From the human T2T-CHM13v2.0 reference genome, Homo sapiens, in contig CP068257.2 of assembly GCA_009914755.4 (NCBI GenBank), positions 37,248,001 through 37,312,000 of the forward strand: DNA of 64,000 nt, in the 5' to 3' direction. A program made the position numbers and the translations under genes. The notes under the pieces were generated by a model. The model searched no databases and was not told where the DNA came from. It saw only the letters and a list, made by a program, of their open reading frames with translations. Shown here one piece after another: positions 1 to 11,665 of the stretch; position 1 is the stretch's first letter, and every line of letters starts with the position of its first letter.

Positions 1-299
1 GCAGTTTTCAGCAGAAGCACTTGTGACTGAGATAAGACACGGAGGAGAGCTCCATCCTCTAAGCCCAAGTGAGTAGCGGCTCTTGGTGACAGCAATGCCA
101 GGCCCTACACCACTTGCATTTCTATTCACTGAGTGTCTATGGAGGGCCAGGCCTGGCTCTGTGCTCTACAAGCCCCTCTTGGCATTCCTTAATTCTCTGG
201 GGTTTGTGTGTGATCCCTAGTCTATGGTTGAGAAGTAAATCAGATTCAGAAAGCTGGTGAGGCTAGAACAGGGCTTGAACTCATGTTTACAGAGAAGCG

Positions 300-470
300 A
301 ACCCCAGACCCCTTTCCCTCTTCTCTAATTTGTTCAATCTTTGTCTCTGTTTGCCTCCCCTCTATCATTCTTTATCTTTCCTATTTCTCTCTCCCTTTTC
401 TTTCCCTCCTCTGTCCCTCTTTTCTCTTTTTTCTCCTTTTTTTCTCATTTTTCTCCTTGCTGTTGTTTGA
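300..470 (+). repeat. Polypyrimidine (CT-rich) low-complexity tract of about 170 nt, >90% C+T on the + strand
   Basis: Direct reading: ccctttccctcttctct...ttctcctttttttctcatttttctcc. Source of the Ser/Leu/Phe-rich artefactual ORFs 283-504 and 341-526. Confidence 0.85.
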
Positions 471-826
471 ATGTGTCCTCCAAAGTTCAAGTTTTGGAAA
501 CTGAATCCCCAGGGTGCAAGCGTTAAGAGGTGGGGCCTTAATAAGTGGTGATCAGGTCATGAAACCCTGCCCTCATGAATGGATTAATGTCATTATTGAG
601 GGAGCAGGTTAGTTATTGTGAGCGTGGAATTGTTATAAAAGCAAGTTCAGCCCTCACGCTCTGGCTCTCCCAAGCTCTCTTCTGCCTTCTGCCATGGGAT
701 GAGTAGCAAGAAGCCCTCACCAGATGCAGCCCCTTGACCTTGGACTTCCAAGCCTCCAGAACCATAAGAAATAAAATTTTTTTCTTTATAAATGACCCAG
801 TCTGTGATATTCTATTATAACACAAG
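464..826 (+). mobile_element. ERVL-MaLR solo LTR (MST/MLT1-like)
   Basis: Starts tgtttgaatgtgtcctccaaagttcaag...gaggtggggcctt, contains ccctcatgaatgg, and ends ...cttggacttccaagcctccagaacc...aataaa...tttataaatgacccagtctgtgatattctattataacaca. This matches the conserved MaLR LTR 3' motif (AGAACyGTGAG..AATAAA..TTTATAA..CCCAGyCT..GGTAT..TAGCA...ACA). Confidence 0.65.
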
Positions 827-1149
827 ATGCTCTTCCCACCTCAATCAACTTTCACTGCCCAACCCAGTTGCACATAGACTGAGTATCAGTTGCGCATAGA
901 CTGAGTACGTTGCTGGGTCCTGGTCACATGGTGATGCCTGAATATTCTCCCTGACCTGAAGCCTTTGCAAATCTGCTTACTAAACTCCATGAAAACTGTG
1001 CTCAGGGTTTTTCATTGAAAAATTCAGGTGAGGTGAATATTTTACTCATCTCTTTTCGGTTGGTTTTAACTTTTATGTAACATTTAATTAATTCTTTCAA
1101 ATGAACTCTGTGAATACCTAATTCAGGGAGAGAAGCTTCAAAGGAGATA

Positions 1150-1245
1150 GGAACATGCTGGGAGACAGAGGATGTACTGGGGGTAGGGAGGAAAGGGAAA
1201 GGAAACGGAAACAAAGGAAAAGGGAAGGGAAGAAAATTTAGCATT
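1150..1245 (+). repeat. Purine (GA-rich) low-complexity tract
   Basis: gggggtagggaggaaagggaaaggaaacggaaacaaaggaaaagggaagggaagaaaa. On the minus strand it yields the FPFP-rich artefact ORF 1002-1370. Confidence 0.8.
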
Positions 1246-2172
1246 CCCCAGCATGACTCAAGGTTTTCCTGGTAGTTCCTATAATCTTTCAGGAAAGTAG
1301 AGCCTTCTTCAGTGAGAAATCTTTCCCTAATATTGAAGTCAACTTTGAATTTAAATCCTTTCTGAGCCACTGACTATTTACTGACAGTCCTTCTGACCTT
1401 TAACTGTGAGCTAAGATTTTCCATTTGAAAGACTAATGAGGGATTTATTCCTAGGATACAAAGATGGTTTCACATAATTAAATCAATAAATGTGATACAC
1501 CACATTAAAAGAAAGACAGACAAAAACCATGTGATCATCTCAAGAGATAAAGAAAAGTCACCGGACAAATTTCCACATTTTTCATGGTAAAAAGTCCCAA
1601 TAGGTGAGAGATAGAAGGAGTGTACCTCAATACAATAAAGGCTACATATAAAAAGCTCATAACTAACGTCACACTCTACAGTGAAAAGTTGGGATCTTTT
1701 CCTCTAAGATCAGAAAAAGACAAGGATGCCTACTCTTACCACTTCTATTAAACATAGTTCTGGATGTTCTAGCCAGAGCAACTAGAAGAGAAATAAATAA
1801 AAGTCATTTGAATTGGAAAGGAAAAAGTTACATTGTCTCTATTTGCAGACAACATGATCTCATATATAAAATATCCTAAAGACTCTACCAAAGAACTGTT
1901 AGAACTAATACATTTAATAATGTTACAGGATACAAAATCAATATGCAAAAATCAGTAGCATTTCTATATAAGAACAATTAACTATCTGAAAAAGAAATCA
2001 AGAAAACAATCCCATTTACAGTGGCGCCTCCCCCCAAAATTACTTAGATGTAAATTTAACCAAGTTAATGAAAGATCTGTAGACTGAAAACTATAAAACA
2101 TGAATGAAAGAAGTTAAAAAAAGACACAAATAAATAGAAAGATATTCTGTGTTTAAGAATTGGAAGATTTAA

Positions 2173-2466
<294 letters not shown>

Positions 2467-3075
2467 AAGAATTGGAAGATTTAATATTGTTAAAATGTCC
2501 ATACTGTCCAAAGTGATCCAAGAGTCAAATACAATCCTATCAAAATTCCAATGACTTTTTTTAGCAGAAATGGAAAAAACAATCCATAAATTTGGATGGA
2601 ACCACAAAAGACCCATGAATGGCCAAATAAATCTTGAGCAAAAAGAACAAAGCTAGAGGCATCACACTACCTGATTTTAAAATCTATTACAAAGCTATAG
2701 TAATCTAAACAGCATAAAACTGCCACAAAACAGACACAGACAAGTGGAGCTGAATAAACAGCCCAGAAATTAATTCATGAATTTATGGTCAATTGAGCTT
2801 TGACAAAGATTCCAAGAACATACAATAGGGAAAGGACAGTTCTTCAGTAAATGGTGCTGAGAACATTGGATATCCAGATGCAAATAAATAAAATTAGACC
2901 CTCGTCTCACACCACACACAAAAATCCACTCAAAGTAGATAAGCGACTTAAATATAAGACCTAGAACCTTATAAATACTGGAAGAAAACATGGAGAAAAA
3001 GCTCTAGGACATTGGTCTTGGCAATGAATTTGTGGATATGACCCTAAAAGCACAAGCAACAAAAGTAAAAATGCA

Positions 3076-3357
3076 GCCGGGCACGGTGGCTCACGCCTGT
3101 AATCCCAGCACTTTGGGAGGCCGAGGCGGGAGGATCACGAGGTCAGGAGCTCAAGACCAGCCTGACCTACATGGTGAAACTCCATCTCTACTAAAAATAC
3201 AAAAATTAGCTGGGCATGCTGGTGGGCACCTGTAATCCCAGCTACTCAGGAGGCTGAAGCAGGAGAATCCTTGAACCCGGAAGTGGGAGTTTGCAGTGAG
3301 CCAAGATCGCGCCACTGCACTCCAGCCTGGGTGACAGAGCAAGACACCATCTCAAAA

Positions 3358-3404
<47 letters not shown>

Positions 3405-3406
3405 AT
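3076..3406 (+). mobile_element. Alu SINE, full length, with an (AAAT)n tail at 3355-3406
   Basis: gccgggcacggtggctcacgcctgtaatcccagcactttgggaggccgaggcgggaggatcacgaggtcagg... to ...gcactccagcctgggtgacagagcaagacaccatctcaaaataaataaataaat.... Nested in the same L1. Confidence 0.95.
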
Positions 3407-4095
3407 TCGCACAAATAGAATTCAATCAAACCAAAAAAGCTCCCACGCGGCAAAGGAAATGACCATAGAGTGAAGAAACAACATATAGTATGGGAGAATA
3501 TATTTACAAATCACACATCTGATAAGAAGTTAATATCAAAAATATGCAGGAAACTCAAACAACTCAATAGCAAAAACAAAAACAAGCAAAAACAAATATA
3601 AATCAGTTAAAATGGGCAAAGAATCTGAATAAATATTTCTCAAAAAAGACATATGAGTGGCCAATGGGTATATGAAAAGATATTCAACATCACTAATCAG
3701 AGAAATGCAATTAATATCACAATAAGATATTAATATCACTTCACATCTGTTAAAATGACTAGTATCAAAAAGATGAAAGATAACAGATGTTGGCAAGGCT
3801 GTGTAGAAAATGGAACCCTTGTACACTGTTGGTGGGGATGTAGATTAATACAGCCATTATGGAAAACAGTATGGAGATTTCTTAAGGAATTAAAAATAGA
3901 ACTACCATATGATCCAGCAATTTAATTTCTGGGCATATATTTAAAGGAAATAAAACCGGTAGCTTGAAGAGATATCTATACTTTCATGTTCATTGCAGCA
4001 TTATTCACAACAGCCAAGATATGGAATCAACTTAAGTATCCATTAATGCATGAATGGATAAAGAAAATACTATTCAACCTTTAAATTAGCCCTCA

Positions 4096-4292
4096 TGCTA
4101 ATTTATTTAGAAAAATTTATTTCGTATGGTTCTGGAGGCTGGGAAGTCCAAGGTGACGGGGCTGCATCTGGTGAGGGCCTTTTTGCTACGCATCCCATGG
4201 CAGAAGGCAGAAGGACAAGGTAGCTTGAGAGAGCAAGAGTGTGAGGGCTCTTTAAAAGAAGTAAATTCTGTCATTTGTGACAACATGGCTGA
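4096..4292 (-). mobile_element. ERVL-MaLR LTR fragment (3' part) inserted in the L1. It is in the opposite orientation to the LTR at 464-826.
   Basis: The reverse complement of 4140-4230 reads ccttctgccttctgccatgggatgcgtagcaaaaaggccctcaccagatgcagccccgtcaccttggacttcccagcctccagaacc, nearly identical to 690-760. ORF-track peptides 613-825(-) and 4126-4308(+) are homologous (MVLEAWKSKVKGLHLVRA... vs MVLEAGKSKVTGLHLVRA...). Confidence 0.55.
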
Positions 4293-6004
4293 AGCTGGAG
4301 GGCATTAGGCTAAGTGAAATAAGCCAGACACAGAAGGATAAATACTGCATAATCTCACTTATATGTGGAATCTAAAAAAGTAGGGCTCAGAGAAACAAGT
4401 CATAGAATGGTGGCTACCAGAGGGTAGAGGTTGGAGGATTGAGGAGATGGTGGTCAATGGACACAAAATTCCAGTTAAACAGGAGGAATAAGTTCAAGAG
4501 ATCTATTATACATAATGAGACCACAGTTAATAATAATATACTATACATTGGAAAATTTCTAGAAAGGCAGTTTTAAGTGTTCTCACTCCAAAAATAAGTA
4601 TATGAGGTAATGCATATGTTAAAAAGCTTGATTTAGCCATTCCAAAATGTACACAAATATCAAAACATCATGTTGTACACCATAAATATTTACAATTTTT
4701 ACTTTTCAATTTGAAAAAAAAAGAAAAATGAAGAAAGAAAACTTCTTGTTGGATTGAGTTCTCTATCATCAACAGGGATGGAGAGGTTTTAGGGAAAGAG
4801 AAAATATCACCTCTCTCACTGTAAGAAACAGATTTTATTATTACTAACCTAGAACACTGCATTTTCTCTTTGTTGTTGGGAAATTTCTGATGACACCTTT
4901 AAAAAAACCTGAGATTTGTCTCTGGGTAAGTTAAATGTTCATTAAGTGATCACAGAAAGTAAAAGTTTGGGAAACTTTACCAGGAGCGTTTGGGGGAAGC
5001 AAACCCTGCGCAGATTTCCTTTGTTCTTGCAATAGCAGTTCCCTCTTGAGTGTGACTTGGGGCCCCTCAGTTGGCCCTGGGACATCTGCTCACTTTGGGA
5101 CTCTTTGTGAACATTACTTGGGGAAGGAAGCACTGGGGGGAAGGAAGCACTGGGCTTGGGACAGGGCTGGGCGCTGCCTCTTCACTGGACCATGACAAGG
5201 TTGTTACCTCACCAAGGAGAGGTGCAAAAAGCTTAGGGGCTTGGATTTCTAGATTTCAGTGCCAACTATGCCACTTACTGGCTTTATCCTTGGGGAATTT
5301 ATCTACTCTGTGACCCTCAGTTTTTTTATCTTAATTATTAATACATACCTCATAATGTGACTGTGAGGATTCACTTAATAATATATGGAAAACCATAGAA
5401 TAGTGCCCAGCATCTAGGAAGTGCCACAGCCCCCTTCAGAAGCTAGTGAAACCTGCAGACCACTTTTCAGAGTGATATTATTATTTTTTTCTAGGTTTAC
5501 TGAGTTATAATTGAAAAAATAAAAATGGAATATAGATGTACAACATGAAGCTCTGATGCATATATCCATTGTGAAATGATGACCACAATCAAGCTAATTA
5601 ATGTTATCTATCACTTCACATAGTTCAACCTTTTTTTGTGGTGAGAGTACTGAAGATCTACTCTCTTAGCAATTTTCAAATCTAAAATACATTATTATTA
5701 ACACAGTCACTGTGCCGTACGTTAGCTCTGAGGACCTTATTCATTTTATACCTAAAAGTCTGTATCCTTTAACCAACCTCTCCTAATTTCCCACTGTCAT
5801 CCCTACTGCCACCTCTGGTAACCAGCCTTCTGCTCTGTTTCTGAGTCCAACCTTCTTAGATTCCACATATGAGTGAGATCATGCTGTGCAGTGTTTGTTT
5901 TTCTGTGTCTGGCTTGCTTTCACTTAGCATAATGTCCTCCAGGTCCACCCATGTTGTTGCAAATGGCAGAATCTTCTTCTTGTTAAAGACTGAATAATAT
6001 CCCT

Positions 6005-6047
6005 GTGTGTGCGTGCATGTGTGTGTGTGTTTGTGTGTGTGTGTGTA
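6005..6047. repeat. (TG)n microsatellite embedded in the antisense L1
   Basis: tgtgtgtgcgtgcatgtgtgtgtgtgtttgtgtgtgtgtgtgt. Confidence 0.9.
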
Positions 6048-6613
6048 TCACATTTTCTTCATCCATTCATCCATCAATGGACACTAAGCACTAAGGTTGA
6101 TTCCGTATCTTGGCTATTGTGAATAATGCTGCAATAAACATATGAGTCCAGATACCTCTTCAAGATACTGATTTCATTTCCTTTAAATATATGCCCAGAA
6201 GTGGGATTGCTGGATCATATGGTAGTTCTATATTTAGTATCTTGAGGAATTTCCATACTGTTTTTCATAATGATTGTAGCAATCTATATTCCCATCAACA
6301 GTGTACAAGGGTTCCATTTTCTACATGGCCTTACCAACGTTTGTTATCACTTATCTTTTTGATAATAGATATTCTAGCAGGTGTGAGGTGGTATCTCATT
6401 GTGGTTTTAATTTGCATTTTCCTGATGATTAGTGGTGTAGAGCATCTTTTCATATTCCCATTGGTAATTCGTATATCTTCCTTTGAGAAATATTTATTCA
6501 GATCTTTTGCCCATTGTTAGCTGAGTTATATGTGAGTTGGTTTTGGTTTGTTGTTGTTTTTTGTTTTTGCTATTGAGCTGAGTTCCTTGTATATTTTGGA
6601 TATTAAATCCTTC

Positions 6614-6967
6614 TCAGCTGTATGGTTGACAGATACATTCTTGCATTCTGTAAGTTGCATCTGTAGGTTGCAACAGAGTCTCTTTACTCTGTTGATTGCT
6701 TGCTTTACTGTGTGAAAGCTTTTTTAGCTTGATGTAATTGTGTTTGTCTATTTTTGCTTTTGTTGCTTGTACTTTTAGTGTCATATCCAAAAAGTTATTG
6801 CCCAGACCAGTGTCATCCCCTATGTTTTCTTCTAGTAATTTTAAAGTTTCAGGTCTTATGTCTATGTCTTTAATCCATTTTGAGTTAATTTTTGTGTAGG
6901 GTTTAAGATAAGAATCCAATTTTATTTTTATTTTTTGTATATGGATATCCAATTTCCCCAACACCAT
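6614..6967 (-). pseudogene. Decayed LINE-1 ORF2 remnant (C-terminal part of the RT/ORF2 protein), non-functional
   Basis: The track ORF translates ...[34 protein letters not shown]...LDMTLKVQATKAKIDKHNYIKLKKL.... This matches the well-known L1 ORF2 stretch ...[34 protein letters not shown]...LDMTPKAQATKAKIDKWDYIKLKSF.... It is short and truncated. Confidence 0.6.
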
Positions 6968-7857
6968 TTATTGAAAATTCTATCCTTTCTTTGTTGTGTA
7001 TTAACATCAGAATAATATTTTTAAATACATAAAATTCAGAAGATGACAAAGGAAACCAATTACATTGAAATGCATACAGAGTTATAATTCTGAAAGAGCA
7101 ATATATGTGCCTCTTTGTAAACACATCATATATCAAACTGCAGTGACCGTTCTAACAACTATTGCAATTTCAAAGTCATGTTGAGTAGGAGGAGTACTTT
7201 GAGATTCTGAAACAACGTTCTTGTGCTATGAAATATCCATGATTTTGATTGGTGATGGTATCCCAGGTCTTGTTAATGCTGCTGTAATCTGTTGCTTCCA
7301 TTCCATAGTTGAATAAAATGCTTGATATCTGTTGGAAATTAGTAAAAATAAAAACGTATTTTTTTCCATCCAAGTTCATTCTCAGACCCTGAAGAGTCAC
7401 TTCTCTGGATTCTGCAGCAAAGTTCCCAGCTGGGGCAGCAAGATTTAGGCAATTGAAAAGAACATACACCTTGTTCTCAGTGGCAAACCACATGGAAAGC
7501 TTTAAATGTCAGAGAAGAATTCTGCCATTTTGCTGACTTTTTTGTAGTTCTCCTAATAAACAAGTGTTAAGTGACAAGCTTTTCAGAGGAGATAATTTTC
7601 TTCCAAGTGGTCTTTTTATTTACCTGAATATTAAGTTCAAAGACACTCTAGTCTCTCAAAGGAAACCTGTGGGTGGAGTGTTTTTTAAAATGTCAAATTC
7701 CAAACGAAGCTGAAGGGCACAGCCTCAAGAAGGTTCTGTGTTCACCAGTGCACAGGGACGTGTCAGCCCTTTATTGCCATTGTCTACATAACATTTTTCA
7801 AGTTCTCTGAGTTGTGAGGCTGTCAGTATGAAGACTCCTATTTTTTCTGCTATTAAA

Positions 7858-8018
7858 TTTTTTTTTCCTCCAACTTTTTCTTTTTCTTTTTCTTTTCTTT
7901 TGAGATACAATCTCGCTCTGTCACCCAGGATACTGGAATGCAATGCAGCCTTGAACTCCCAGGCTCAAACAATCCTCCTGCCTCAGCCTCCAAAGTAGCT
8001 GGGACTACAGGCATGCAC
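7858..8018 (-). mobile_element. Alu SINE, right (3') part, antisense, beginning with a poly-T (A-tail complement). This is the first half of an Alu split by an LTR insertion.
   Basis: tttttttcctcc...ttttgagatacaatctcgctctgtcacccaggatactggaatgcaatgcagccttgaactcccaggctcaaacaatcctcctgcctcagcctccaaagtagctgggactacaggcatgcac. Confidence 0.85.
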
Positions 8019-8395
8019 TGTGGTGTGGTTTGTCTCTGTGTCCCCACCCAAATCTCATGTTGCATTGTAATTCCCAGTGTTAGGGGAAGGGCCTGGTGGG
8101 AGGTGATTGGATCATGGGGGCAGATTTCTCCGTTGCTATTTTCGAGATAGTGAGTGAGTTCTCATGAGATCTGATGGCTTAAAAGTGTGTGGCACTTCCC
8201 CCCACCCCCTCTCTCCTGCCACCTTGTGAGGAATGTCCTTGCTTCTCCTTCACCTTCTGTCATGATTGTAAGTTTCCTGAAGCCTCTCAGTCATCTTTCC
8301 TGTACAGCCTATGGAACTTTGAGTTAATTAAACCTCTTTTCTTCATAAATTACCCAGTCTCAGGAGTTCTTCATAGCAGTGATGATGAATACACA
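8019..8395 (+). mobile_element. ERVL-MaLR solo LTR (THE1/MST-like) inserted into the antisense Alu
   Basis: tgtggtgtggtttgtctctgtgtccccacccaaatctcatgttgcattgtaattcccagtgttaggggaagggcctggtgggaggtgattggatcatggggg... to ...aattaaacctcttttcttcataaattacccagtctcaggagttcttcatagcagtgatgatgaatacaca. Confidence 0.7.
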
Positions 8396-8549
8396 CCATC
8401 ACACCCAGCTAATTTTTCTTTATTTTTTTAGTAGAGATGTGGTCTCACTATGTTGCCCAGGCTGTTCTCAAACTCCCGGGCTCAAGTGACCCGCCTACCT
8501 CGGCCTCCCAAAGTGCTGGTATTACAGGCGTGAGCTGCCGCACCCAGCC
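8396..8549 (-). mobile_element. Alu SINE, left (5') part, antisense. It continues the Alu at 7858-8018.
   Basis: ccatcacacccagctaatttttctttatttttttagtagagatgtggtctcactatgttgcccaggctgttctcaaactcccgggctcaagtgacccgcctacctcggcctcccaaagtgctggtattacaggcgtgagctgccgcacccagcc. Confidence 0.85.
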
Positions 8550-10074
8550 CTCCTCCAACTGCTGCTGGTTGCTATCATAGGTTCTCACTGGGTGTCCACC
8601 TAACATGTCCCTTCAGGAAGGCTGGTGTCCTGACATTCGGTAGCGGAGGCCTGGTGTTGAGCTCACCTGCATTTCTGCCCCCTTCTCTGGCTTTCTGGGG
8701 ATGCCCTCCTCAACCTGAAAATGACTTCCAACTCCTCAGCACAGAAGTGGGCACGTGACCCAAGCAGGTCCAGGATTCCATAAGATCCCAAACACAAAGG
8801 ATCCTGTAATCCTGGGGCTCCAGTGGCCGTCTTGTTCCTTTTGGAGAACTAACCTATTGCAGAGAAAGTAGTAGAGCTAAAAGAAAGAGAAAGAATCCTG
8901 ATAGCATCTGTGACTCTGGATCCAGCTATCCATAAAGCGCCATACGCTAATGCGCTCAATTACCCAAGTCAATGAGTCCCCTTAGAAGCTTAAGCCAGTT
9001 TGATCTGAGTTTCTGCCACTTTCAGGAGGAAGAATCTTATTGGTATATTTTATAATAATCCGGCTGATATGCAAACTGTCTTCAATAGAATGCTCTGTCC
9101 AGAGTCACAGTGGAGTCCATCGCAACAAATAAGGTCAGACAGCTCACAGCTACAACTGGGCTCATGCCTTCCAAGTATCAAAGTCATAACAAACTTCCTC
9201 TGTGTGAGTCCACAAGGCATTCTTCCTCTGGGGGAATCACTCCCTTTCCATTGTCCTGATACTCTCTCTGTGGGGCTGTAGAGGAGTGCATGGCTTTTGC
9301 CCTACTTCCAAGCCTTCTCAGGGAACACAGCAGGGACAAAGAGCTGAAGGCTCAGCCTTGGCCATGGCCCATCAGGCCCACTGCAGGCTTCTCCTGGGAG
9401 AAGATCCAGAGCCTCGGGCTCTGGGCTCCCATATGCAGGGAGAACCTCCGACCACAGAAATTGGAAGGAGCTACCACTCCCTAGGAGACATCTTCCCTTG
9501 AGCTTTTTCAAGGGCTGAACAAACAGAGCCCACACTTGTTCACGGAATCCATGGGCCTCAGCACATCAGAGAGAGGAGAAGAAATTGACCCAGAGTGTAA
9601 CCCACCCCCATCTTCGGGCCCCACCAAGAATTGTCAGTGATGCCAGAGGAAGAGGCACCTAATTCAACAGATCAATGGAGACTCACATCACCCACAAGCA
9701 CCACTTATCTGCTATTTCATCCCACACCAGTACCTGATCATCAACCGTTGCAAACACTCATTGCTGTAATTGTATCATTAGTTTCAATCACAGCCAATTT
9801 GGGGCTGGCATGTGAATATCCTTTTCTGTTCCCACTGCTGATGAAATTTCAGAATTATAAGGTGAATGAAACCTAGTAGATTAAAGTAATTGTGAAACTG
9901 ATGCTAAAGAACAGTCCTGTTCCCCATGCCGCCTAAACATGTAATTTCAGACATCAAACAGAATCTTTAAGCTGAAATAAAATCTCTACTTAGTCTAGCA
10001 CCATTGTATTCTCTGTATGGGATGAAGGCAGCTCTTACCCCATCTATTAAGATTTATTATTAAAATTGCCTGGG

Positions 10075-10400
10075 GGCCGGGCGCGGTGGCTCACGCCTGT
10101 AATCCCAGCACTTTGGGAGGCCGAGGCGGGCGGATCACGAGGTCAGGAGATCGAGACCATCCTGGCTAACACGGTGAAACCCCGTCTCTACTAAAAATAC
10201 AAAAAATTAGCCAGGCGAGGTGGCGGGCGCCTGTAGTCCCAGCTACTCGGGAGGCTGAGGCAGGAGAATGGCGTGAACCCCAGGGGGCGGAGCCTGCAGT
10301 GAGCCGAGATTGCGCCACTGCACTCCAGCCTGGGCGACAGCGAGACTCCGTCTCAAAAATAAAATAAAATAAAATAAAATAAAATAAAATAAAATAAAAT
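10075..10400 (+). mobile_element. Alu SINE (young, AluY-like, many intact CpGs) with an (AAAAT)n tail at 10355-10400 and a perfect 13-bp TSD aaaattgcctggg (10062-10074 and 10401-10413)
   Basis: ggccgggcgcggtggctcacgcctgtaatcccagcactttgggaggccgaggcgggcggatcacgaggtcaggagatcgagaccatcctggctaacacggtgaaaccccgtctctactaaaaatacaaaaaattagccaggcgaggtggcgggcgcctgtagtcccagctactcgggaggctgaggcaggagaatggcgtgaacc.... It is very close to the young Alu consensus. Confidence 0.97.
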
Positions 10401-11284
10401 AAAATTGCCTGGGAATTAAAAAAATACATTTTTTCCCTTGGCAAAGTCAGCACCTAGCTATCTCAGTTAACTCTCTGGAGGAGAAAAAGGGGAACAGTGG
10501 TTGTGAAATTTGAGACTTGCAAGAGTGCCCAGGACTGCCTAGGCATAGACTAGACTGTTCCACCTAAATACTCCCATAGAAAATGCCCTAGGTGAAGTCT
10601 CCAGGTGTAGTTTTCAGAGCAACGCCCTCACCCAGTTCTTCAGGTTCCATAATACATTAGTGACCACACTAAATCTTAAAGTCCTTGCCATCAGTTGACA
10701 TAAAAGTCCAGTGAGAACTCTGGCCTTACCAGTGAAGACTAAGCCCCAAGAAAGCTGTGTGAGCTGTTGTATGTTGAGTCAGCCTCCAGCCAGTCTTCTA
10801 CCCATTGCTAGAATAACAAATCAAGTCTCCTCCTTCAACTGGGACTCATGTGATCGTCACCCTCCTTGAAAGACAGCCCTGTCCTAACCCCCTCCAGAGC
10901 TGCCACATCCCTGGTCCCCAAACAATCAAGTGAGGAGGGAAGGCTACTGGCCACCCACAAGGCCCTGAAAGTACAGCGTGTTGACTCAGGAATAATCCAA
11001 GCCTATGGCAGGAGGAACAGGACTTTATGGAAGCTGGGAGACTGAAGAAGGAGTCACCATGGCAACCAGCTCTCCAGCTTTCATTCTCCTCCCCATCACT
11101 TGATCCAGACATTCTCCTTCCAGATCATAAGGCCTGACATCCATCCACTTCCTATCATGTGGTCACAGGCAGATCTCTCTACCCACTGGCAAAAAGTGGG
11201 CTGATGGAAATGAGCATTGGGTGCATGGTGCTTGGACTGGGTTTCATAGTTATCGCTCCAAAATCCATGGCCTCTTCGGAACCT

Positions 11285-11665
11285 CAGAATGGGACCTTAT
11301 TTGGAAAAAGGGTCTTTACAGATGTAATGAGTTAGTATAACATCATTCTGAATCAAAGTGGGCCCTAAATCCAATGACTGGTGTCCTCTATAAGGAAAGA
11401 AAACAGAGACACAGAGACACACAGGGAAGAAGCCATGTGAAGGCCAACGCAGAGGTTGGAGGGATGGAGCAACAAGCCGAGGAATGCCAAGGACTGCAGC
11501 AACCACCAGGAGCTTGGAAGAGGCATAGAAGCTACTAGAAGGAGCCAATCCTGCCAACTCCTGGATTTCACATTTCTGATCTCCAGAACCGTGAGAGAAT
11601 ACATTTCTGGTGTTTTAAGCCAAGCTGTTTGTGGTGCTTACTAAGCCAGCCACAGGAAACACACA
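11285..11665 (+). mobile_element. ERVL-MaLR LTR (MLT1-like)
   Basis: ...gggccctaaatccaatgactggtgtcctctataaggaaagaaaacagagacacagagacacacagggaagaagccatgtgaaggccaacgcagaggttggagggatg...caaccaccaggagcttggaagaggcat...cctggatttcacatttctgatctccagaaccgtgagagaatacatttctggtgttttaagccaagctgtttgtggtgcttactaagccagccacagg. Confidence 0.65.

Larger units (their letters stand above)
5481..7000 (-). mobile_element. LINE-1 fragment (3' UTR and ORF2 C-terminal half), older L1M-like, antisense. It lies tail-to-tail with the L1 at 1440-4742.
   Basis: Reverse-complement L1 signatures: ...gcataatgtcctccaggtccacccatgttgttgcaaatggcagaatcttcttcttgttaaagactgaataatatccc..., ...atatgcccagaagtgggattgctggatcatatggtagttctatatttag..., ...ggtggtatctcattgtggttttaatttgcattttcctgatgattagtg..., ...caccatttattgaaaa.... 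Confidence 0.8.

Noticed and set aside
7176-7493. 105-aa minus-strand ORF in apparently unique sequence (MWFATENKVYVLFNCLNLAAPAGNFAAESREV...), considered as a possible exon or processed-pseudogene fragment
   Set aside because: I cannot match it to any protein family from memory. A ~100-codon ORF is within the chance expectation for six frames over 64 kb of AT-rich DNA. There is no obvious Kozak/splice context. It remains unverified rather than disproved: BLASTP/tBLASTn would settle it.
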